From NCBI GenBank assembly GCA_036785375.1, contig JAWMAR010004164.1:1-58764 (forward strand): a DNA stretch of 58,764 bases, in the 5' to 3' direction. The DNA is from Leucoraja ocellata (taxonomy: Eukaryota). A program made the translations under genes and the position numbers. Below the pieces are notes generated by a model. The model searched no databases and was not told where the DNA came from. It saw nothing but the letters and a program-made list of their open reading frames with translations. This document shows, one piece after another, positions 50,150 through 58,764 of the stretch; position 1 is the stretch's first letter, and each line of letters begins with the position of its first letter.

Positions 50150-50725
50150 GCATTTATTTATCTATTCATCTATTTATTTATTTATTTATTTATTTATTTA
50201 TCTATTTATCTATTTATTTATTTATTGCTTATTTTATTAGAAGTTAATACAGCACAAAACAGTACAGTGGAACCTAATTTTAGGTGCCAACTATGTAATA
50301 CCGTAATCCATTCTATGTACAACCTCTAGTTTTATGTAATCAGAAGGAAGTAAGCAAAACAAGAAAAAGAAAACAATAGAAAGGGGAAAAAGTGGAAAAA
50401 TAGACGGTAGAGAGTAGAAAAACGTGAAGTGTGTATATATATAAAAAATAAAAAAAGGAAGAGAGAAAGTGGAAAGTAGAAATAGAAGAGAAGGCCCCTT
50501 AAAAGAGAATTTTTCACATCTGTATTCGGAGATGTAGATCTATCCGCGTCATGAACTGAAATCAGCAATCCTTACGGTACCGCTGCATCACATGATTCCA
50601 AAAAGTCGATGAAAGGAGACCAACTCCTTAAGAATTGGTCATATTTATCTATTAGTCGGAGTCTCATTTCTTCAAGGCGTGCTATGTCCATCATATTCCT
50701 AATCCACATTTTAACAGTTGGTGTG
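50150..50725 (-). mobile_element. L1-clade LINE 3' fragment with (TAAA)n tail
   Basis: Minus strand TVKMWIRNMMDIARLEEMRLRLIDKYDQFLRSWSPFIDFL. A similar L1 end lies at ~9500-9978(-). Confidence 0.75.
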
Positions 50726-52195
50726 GTTGTTGCAATAAATTCCTATCCAATTTCTTGCGGATGAGAGTCTGTGGTGCAGTAAACACCGGCTCCACGTTGC
50801 CTTTAATTGAACAATCGAGCTCCGAGGACAAATGTGGCTTGAGTGTCCCGTGAATAGATTTGTGTCCCAACCAAATCAATCCTGATGTGTAATATAAAGC
50901 GGTTACTTTGTGCAACAAAATCATTCAGCGACCTAGTTAAATAATCAATAATAAATGTATTTATTGTCAATTTCTGATTGAAACCGGATGGATCTGTTGA
51001 GATATAGATTGCCCTTCATTGTTATTGGAGTGTGTGGTTTTCACATTGCTCTCGACCAGCGATCACTGCACACTGCAGATGGTTTAGTTTAGGTTTGAGA
51101 CATAGAAACATAGAAACATAGAAATTAGGTGCAGGAGTAGAGGCCATTCGGCCCTTCGAGCCTGCACCATTTGCCATTCAATATGATCATGGCTGATCAT
51201 CCAACTCAGTATCCCGTACCTGCCTTCTCTCCATACCCCCTGATCCCCTTAGCCACAAGGGCCACATCTAACTCCCTCTTAAATATAGCCAATGAACTGT
51301 GGCCTCAACTACCCTCTGTGGCAGAGAGTTCCAGAGATTCACCACTCTCTGTGTGAGACACAGCGCAGAAACAGGCCCTTCGGCCCACCGAGCCCGTGCC
51401 GGCCAGCGATCCCCGCACACTGGTCGAGGGAGGTGTGTGTTGTGCAGGAGAGTGGGTGGACTACCAAGACTCCATCTTAGGGAGCAGCCGTGAGCTCAGT
51501 GAAATGTCTGCTGCTTGCACCGTGCTCCGATCCGACCAGGAACTCCACGCTGAACACAGTCTCCCCCCGTCCCTGTCTGGCTCATGAACTCACACCGTGC
51601 CAACCCACAGACAGAGATGTCTGTCAGCGCTAACAATGACAGCTCAGGCTAACCTATAGGGCGGCACAGCGGTAGAGTTGCTGCCTCACAGCGCCAGAGA
51701 CCCCGGTCCGATCCTGTCTTCTCCCCATAACCCCTGACACCCGCACTAATCAAGAATCTATCTATCTCTGCCTTAAAAAATATCCACTGACTTGTGGCCT
51801 CCAAGGCCTTCTGTGGTAAAGAATTCCACAGATTCACCGCCCTCCGACTAAAGAAATTTGAAGCCTTTTACAGTCAGTCTGAAGAAGGGTCTCAACCCAA
51901 AACATCACCAAATCCTTCTCTCCAGAGACGCTGCCTGTCCCGCTGAGTTACTCCAGCATTTTGTGTCTACCTTCGATTTTACCAGCATCTGCAGTTCTTT
52001 CTTAAACATTAGGGACTTCTGATGCTGGTTTACACCGAAGATAGACACAGAATGCCGGAGTTACTCTGAGAGTCTCTGGAGAGAAGGAATGGGTGACGTT
52101 TTCGGGTCGAGACTTCTTCAGGTTGTGATCTATTGTGCTCCTGTGAATCTGCCCAGCGGTGTGACACACCTGTTCTCTGCCTCTCTCCACCACAG

Positions 52196-52327
52196 GGCAG
52201 CACCTGAGGTTCCCAGCCGTGGCCTTGTGGCTGACTGTCGGCCTGTCCATCTGCCTGCTGGCGTTGCTGGCTGCCCTGGGCTACGTGTGCAGGAGGAAGA
52301 TTCAGCAGAGCTGCAAGGACGAGGGAG
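52196..52327 (+). CDS. CD276: CD276 transmembrane exon (132 nt, phase 1/1); this reading frame is absent from the ORF track
   Basis: ctctctccaccacag|GG...GGAG|gtgagt boundaries. Encodes GQHLRFPAVALWLTVGLSICLLALLAALGYVCRRKIQQSCKDEG, versus recalled human GQPMTFPPEALWVTVGLSVCLIALLVALAFVCWRKIKQSCEEE. Confidence 0.95.
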
Positions 52328-53064
52328 GTGAGTCCATGTTTTGTAGGTGACCCGAGCGGAATTAGGCCATTCGGCCCATCAAGTCTACTCCGCCATTCAA
52401 TCATGGCTGATCTACTCTCAACCCCATTCTCCTGCCTTCTCCCCCTTACAATAGACAATAGACAATAGGTGCAGGAGTAGGCCATTCGGCCCTTCGAGCC
52501 AGCACCGCCATTCAATGTGATCATGGCTGATCATCCCCAATCAGTACCCCGTTCCTGCCTTCTCCCCCTATTTTTAAGAGCCATATCTAGCTCTCTCTTG
52601 AAAGCATCCAGAGAACCGGCCTCCACCGCCCTCTGTGAGGCTGAGAATTCCACAGACACCACTCTCTGTGAGAAAAAGTGTTTCCTCATCTCCGTTTTAA
52701 ATGTCTGACTCCATATTCTTAAACTGTGTGGCCCCTGGTTCTGGACTCCCCCAACATCAGGAACATGTTTCCTGCCTCCAGCGTGTCTTCTGACAGGTAA
52801 GTCTGATGAGAGTCCCCAGCTTCGAGACTAACGTTTCCTCCTCTAGAATGAATGAACTGATGACAAATCACAATGAAATCCTTTGCTTGCCTGCCCAAGG
52901 TATGCGAATAGTCGTTACATAAAGGACAAAGTCACAAAGTGTACACATTATTCACGCCAGCTCCCAGTTTGTCCACCCCCCCTCGAGATATTGGAATATT
53001 AATAAATAGGTAAATGAAGCCATTCTTCAATTTCCTTAGTTTGATCAATATGGGTGTTTTTAAT

Positions 53065-53808
53065 AGTAATAATAATAATAATAAATTTAATTTATGGGCG
53101 CCTTTCAAGAGTCTCAAGGACACCTTACAAAAATTTAGCAGGTAGAGGAAAAATGTGTGAGGGGAATGGAATAAATAGTAGAGACATGACTAGTACACAA
53201 AGTAAAGACAGAATTCAATACAAAACACAATATGAGGCAATTAATGCACAGATGAAAAGGGAGGGGGACGTGGGGCTAAGGATAGGCAGAGGTGAAGAGA
53301 TGGGTCTTGAGGTGGGACTGGAAGATGGTGAGGGACACGGAATTGCGGATCAGTTGGGGGAGGGAGTTCCAGAGCCTGGGAGCTGCCCTGGAGAAGGCTC
53401 TGTCCCCTAAACTGCCGAGGTTGGACTTGTGGATGGAGAGGAGACCGGCTGATGTGGATCTGAGGGACCATGAGGGTTGGTAGGGGGAGAGGAGGTCAGT
53501 GAGATATGGGGGGGGGGGGGCAGATGGTGGAGGGCTTTGTAGGTGAGGACCAGGATTTTGTAGGTGATCCGGTGGGAGATGGGAAGCCAGTGAACTTGTT
53601 TGAGGACTGGAGTGATGTGATGCCAGGATTTGGTGTGGGTGATGAGTCGGGCGGCTGCGTTCTGGACCAGTTGGAGTCGGTTGATGTAGGTGGAGCTGAT
53701 GCCAAGGAGAAGTGAGTTGCAGTAGTCAAGTCGGGAGGAGATGAAGGCATGGATGAGTCTTTCAACAGCAGGAGGTGTGAGAGAGGGTCTGAGTTTGGCG
53801 ATGTTGCT
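53065..53808 (-). mobile_element. L2-clade LINE 3' fragment
   Basis: ERLIHAFISSRLDYCNSLL...LQLVQNAAARL...HITPVLKQVHWLPI. Confidence 0.9.
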
Positions 53809-54082
53809 AAATAGTAAGTTGTGGTTGAATGAGTGGAAAGGAATGCAGTTCATGAATTGAACTTCAGGCCACCAGTAAATGACAAAGTGATTGCTCATAC
53901 ATGTAGCGCTGATCAGTCACACGGTAGCAACTGAACGCTTTTATAACATTACTTCACAAAATTAATCAACGCCATTTAATAACACACCATTGAGTGACAA
54001 CGAGTCTCAAAGTCATCAGATTTTCACCACGTTTGAAGCTCACCTTAAGCAATAGTATCGGCTTATTAGTTATCAGTAAGTT

Positions 54083-54370
54083 GGTGGCGCAGCGGTAGAG
54101 TTGCTGCCTCACAGCGCCAGAGAACCGGGTTTGAACGGCTGCTGTCTGTACGGAGTCTGTACTTTCTGCCTCGGACAGTGTGGGTTTTCTCCGGGTGCTC
54201 CGGTTTCCTCCCACACTCCAAAGACGTGCAGGTTTGTAGGTTAATTCGGTAAAAGTTGTAAATTGTCCCGGGGTGTAGAATAGTGTGCGTGTAAGGGGTG
54301 ATCGCTGGTCCGTGGACTCGGTGGGCCAAAGACCTGTTTCCGCGCTGTATCTCTAAACTAAACTAAACTA
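54083..54370 (+). mobile_element. V-SINE (HE1-like)
   Basis: Same architecture with (ctaaa)n tail. Further copies or fragments at ~9413-10178 (split by L1), 21630-22070, 47890-48137(-), 49700-49945(-) and 55120-55415(-). Confidence 0.85.
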
Positions 54371-54921
54371 AAATAAATATCAGATTGACATCGCAAGGCA
54401 TGGATCGGAGAACTGATAGATAGACACAAAAAGCTGGAGTAACTCAGCGGGACAGGCAGAGAAATGTATGGGTGCCGTTTCGGGTCGAGACCCCTTCATC
54501 AAACCTGTACGTCTTTGGAGTGTGGGAGGAAACCGGGGCACCCAGAGAAAACCACGCAGGTCCACGGGGAGAACGTGCAAACTCCATACAGACAGCACCC
54601 GTAGACAGGATCGAACCTGGGTCTCTGGTGCTGTGAGGCACCACCTGCCACCCCAATAATGGAGTGATTTGCATTGAATAATATTTACATACAGAAAGGG
54701 AAAGTCTTGGCACTGACATTTGCATGTGTACAGACACATTCTAATTTTAAATGATTTTAAAGATGAAAATCTTCACAACAAAAATTCTGACATATTATTT
54801 GCATTATTTCATTCAATGTTTTAAAATTATTTCACTTCAAAAATTGGGTTGATGGTGTAAATATGTGCATGCCCACATGTATGCATATGCTTATATATGT
54901 ACATATCTTGTGCACACTTAG

Positions 54922-54992
54922 AAAGCAAAGAGTCCTTTGATGAAAATCCCACAGGCCTGACTGCTCAGGAACTGGAGCTGCTCACGAATTAA
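54922..54992 (+). CDS. Candidate terminal cytoplasmic exon of CD276 (speculative)
   Basis: After cacttag, phase-1 reading gives acidic ESKESFDENPTGLTAQELELLTN*, which would complete a 302-aa protein. The polypyrimidine tract is weak and there is no homology support. Confidence 0.25.
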
Positions 54993-56094
54993 CAAATTAT
55001 TAATTATCAGAGAGCTCACATCAAAGTGCTTGCCTATTAGAGGTGTACGTGAAGTTGATTTGCTCCATGAATCCACAGAATAAATTGCAAACATTGAAGT
55101 ACTCGCAATAGTTTTTAGTTTCAGAGACAACGAGGAAACAGGCCCTTCGGCCCACCGAGTCCGTGCCGACCAGCGATTCCCCTAGCACTGATACACAACC
55201 CTGCCTCAACTGGGGACAATTTTACATTTGTGCAATTTTTACCAAGCCACTAAACTGTCGTCTTGGAGTGCGGGAGGAAACCTGGAGCACCCGGAGAAAA
55301 CCCACGCAGGTCACGGGGAGAACGTACAAACTCCGTACAGACAGCACCCGTAGTCAGGATGGAACCCGGGTCTCTGCGCTGTGAGGCTGCAACTCTACCG
55401 CTGGGCCACCGTGCCTCCCAATAATGGAGTGATTTGCATTGAATAGTAACTGAAGGCGGAGAGAGAAAGACTTGTGTATAACTCATGCAGGAAGGGAACT
55501 GCACAGTAGACAGACACAAATGCTGGAGTAACTCAGCGGGACAGACAGCATCTCTGGAGAAAAGGAATGGGTGATGTTTTGGGCCATTCAGCCCATCGAG
55601 TCACTCCACCATTTAATCATGGCTGATCCCTTTTTGCTGCCTTCTCCCATAACCCTCGACACCCATTCTCATCAAGAATCTATCTATCCTGCCTTAAAAA
55701 ATATCCACTGACTTGGCCTCCACAGCCGTCTGTGGCAATGAGTTCCACAGATTCACCACCCTCTGACTAAAGAAGTTCCTCCTCACCTCCTTTCGAAAAG
55801 AGCGCCCTTTAATTCTGAGGCTGTGACCTCTGGTCCTAGACTCTCCCACCAGTGGAACATCTTCTCCACATCCACTCTATCGATGCTTTCATTATTCTGT
55901 ACGTTTCAATGAGGTCTTCCCCCCTCAACCTTCTAAACTCCAGCGAGTACAGGCCCAGCGCTTCAAACGCTCATCATATGCTAACCCATTCATCCCACTG
56001 TTATCCTTGCAGTGCCAGAGACCCGGGTTCGATCTTGACTGCGGGTGCTGTCTGTACGGAGTTTGCAGGTTCTCCTTGTGATAGTGGACAAGTT

Positions 56095-56628
56095 GAGTCA
56101 AGTCAAGTCAAGTCAAGTCAAGTCAAGTTTATTTGTCACATACACATACGAGAAATGAAAGTGGCAATGCTCGCGGACTTTTGTGCAAAGACAAACAACA
56201 AAACAACCAAACAAATTATAAACACAATCATAACACACATATCTTTTACATAATAAATAATGGAAGGAAAAACGTTCAGTAGAGTTAGTCCCTGGTGAGA
56301 TAGGCGTTTACAGTCCGAATTGCCTCTGGGAAGAAACTCCTTCTCAACCTCTCCGTTCTCACCGCATGGCAACGGAGGCGTTTGCCTAACCGTAGCAGCT
56401 GGAACAATCCGTTGCAGGGGTGGAAGGGGTCTCCCATGATTTTGTTTGCTCTGGAGTTGCACCTCCTGTTGTATAGTTCCTGCGGGGGGGGGGGTGAGTG
56501 AAAGTTCCCATAGTGCGTTCGGCCGAACGCACTACTCTCTGCAGAGCCTTCTTGTCCATTGGCAGAGCAATTCCCAAACCAGATGGTAATGTTCCTGGAC
56601 AAGATGCTTCCACCGCCGCTGCGTAGAA
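56095..56628 (-). mobile_element. Rex1/Babar-type LINE 3' fragment with (CTTGA)n tail
   Basis: ALQRVVRSAERTMG...DPFHPCNGLFQLL..GKRLR...SFFPEAIR. The same tail segment recurs at ~46192-46340. Confidence 0.85.
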
Positions 56629-57189
56629 GCACTGGAGCCTGGGCCTTGGGGACTCTATGAACAGGACATACACTGGTCCACAGAAGAGATGGACATTTCC
56701 CATGGGATGGTTTTGTACACCATCTTGTTGGAAAGGCCGCAATATTTTGATTGCTTCGCTGAAAAATAACGTTTGTTGTTTTCTTCAAAAGAGATAAATA
56801 GATGGCGACAGCTTTTCTGCCGCTTGTTACATTGAATAACCCATCTGTTCGAAGAATTTTGTGTTCTTACAATCAGCAAACAAAAAAAAAAAACGCGCAA
56901 AGAATTGTTATATTTGAAACAATGTGGAAACAGGCCCTTCAGCCCATCGAGTCCATGCCGACCAGCGATCGGCCGTATACTATTCTTTAGTCAGAGGGGT
57001 GGTGAATCTGTGCGATTCTCCCACGACCGTTACATGTGGCCAGCTTCATTTAATACCCAACAAACTGATGCCCCCTGGCCTTCCTAGGCAGAGAGAGGAA
57101 TGTTACAGCAAGTGCAGGGAAGAGAGGGATAAAGATGCAATACCGCGTGGAAACAGGCCTTCGGCCACTGCCCACGGCCCATACCTGGC

Positions 57190-57468
57190 AACTGGAGGAG
57201 CAGCACCATCATATTCCGCTTGGGCAGTCTGCACCCTAGCCAGCATAAACATTGACTTCTCCCAATTTCCGGTAGCCCTTGCTGTCTCCTCCCCTTCTCA
57301 GCTCTCCCTCAGCCCTTGGGCTCCTCCTCTTCCTTTCTCTTTCTCTCCCCCCCCCCCCCCCCCACACATCAGTCTGAAGAAGGGTTTCGGCCCGAAACGT
57401 TGCCTATTTCCTTCGCTCCATCGGTGCTGCTGCACCCGCTGAGTTTCCTCCAGCATTTTTGTCTACCT
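57190..57468 (+). mobile_element. Penelope-like 3' end with hammerhead core at 57374-57401
   Basis: Frameshifted LEEQH..IFRLGSLHP...NIDFSQFR*, then CTGAAGA-A-GGGT TTCG GCCC-GAAAC-GTT. Confidence 0.8.
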
Positions 57469-58764
57469 GTCCCAGCTACACTAGTCCCACCTATCCCTCC
57501 AAAGCTGTCCTATCCATGTACCCGTCTAACTGTTCCTTCAACGTTGGGCTAGTCCCAGCCCTGTGGCAGCTTGTTCCGTACACCCACCACCCTTTGTGTT
57601 ATGGATGGTGTGAGGCAGATGACATCACTGTAACTTGGCATCATGTTTGACACAGGCACTAAATGCGCTTGTACTAATCGCTCATTGCCCTGTCATTTTT
57701 TGCATTAAATTGTCAAACGCTCACAGGGAGACGGCAGCGAGATCTGTCCTCAGCTTTGGAGATAAACAAGAGCATCTGGCCCGATGTATCACTAACAGCC
57801 CTGCCTCTTATTGTGTTCACTGCCACTCATTAACTACTGCTGGGAGGAAACAAATTTGCTGAAAGTAATTTTCATAACAGCATCTTCCCAAGGGAGGGAG
57901 AGATTGCCATGTCGCCTTTGGTAGTTCCTGTCGGTGTTGCTGTTGCGTTCCACAGCTGGTTAGACAGACACAAAAAGCTGGAGTAACTCAGCGGGACGGG
58001 CAGCAACCACGGAGAGCAGGAACGGGTGACGTTCCGGTCGAGACTTTTCTCAGATCATCCCAGAATCGGCAATAACAAGATGGTACAAACAACAGAAGGC
58101 AACATCCATGCTGGGAACGTGCAAAGTGGGCATGAGAACTCAATCCTAAAGTTATCGCGCTTTCGGCTCGTATTTCACTTGGGTAGTTTACAACCCAGCA
58201 GTTTGAATATTGATTTATCTAACTGAGAGGGTGGTGAATCTGTGGAATTCTTTGCCACTGGAGGCTGCTGAGGAGGACAAGTCAGCGGATATTTTTAAGG
58301 CAGAGATAGATAGATTGTTGATTAGTGCGGGTGACATAGAAAATAGACAATAGGTGCAGGAGTAGGCCATTCGGCCCTTCCGAGCCAGCACCGCCATTCA
58401 ATGTGATCATGGCTGATCATCCCCAATCAGTACCCCCGTTCCTGCCTTCTCCCCATATCCCCTGACTCCGCTATTTTTAAGAGCCCTATCTAGCTCTCTC
58501 TTGAAAGCATCCAGAGAACCGGCCTCCACCGCCCTCTGAGGCAGAGAATTCCACAGACTCACCACTCTCTGTGAGAAAAAGTGTTTCCTAAATGGCTTAC
58601 TCCTTATTCTTAAACTGTGCCCCCTGGTTCTGGACTCCCCCAACATCGGGAACATGTTTCCTGCCTCTAGTGTGTCCAAACCCTTAACAATCTTATATGT
58701 TTCAATGAGAAACCCTCTCATCCTTCTAAACTCCACAGAGTGTACAAACCCAGCTGCTCCATTC

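Overview
Vertebrate genomic DNA, inferred from its repeat content (HER1/CR1 LINEs, HE1-type V-SINEs, Penelope elements) to be a cartilaginous fish, probably a skate or ray. It contains one protein-coding gene on the + strand, CD276 (B7-H3) in its 2-Ig form. The exons are signal peptide (ATG 18336), IgV 26180-26530, IgC 28869-29165 and TM 52196-52327, all joined by phase-1 GT-AG introns. A probable non-coding exon 1/promoter lies near 4.6-4.9 kb, and the cytoplasmic tail exon is uncertain. Nearly all other ORFs in the track are transposon fragments, microsatellites or N gaps. The best hunt result is a ~130-nt non-autonomous retroelement present in three copies with TSDs. Its first ~55 nt fold into a minimal HDV/CPEB3-like self-cleaving ribozyme, and in two copies the predicted cleavage site abuts the TSD; a likely Ingi/Vingi partner LINE fragment is nearby. 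Penelope termini across the window carry minimal hammerhead cores. Also present are a Harbinger-like palindromic MITE family, a solo LTR in intron 1, TE-derived minisatellites, local duplications and motif-rich TE-free intronic islands. Exon, TSD and ribozyme coordinates were read by hand; other repeat boundaries are approximate.
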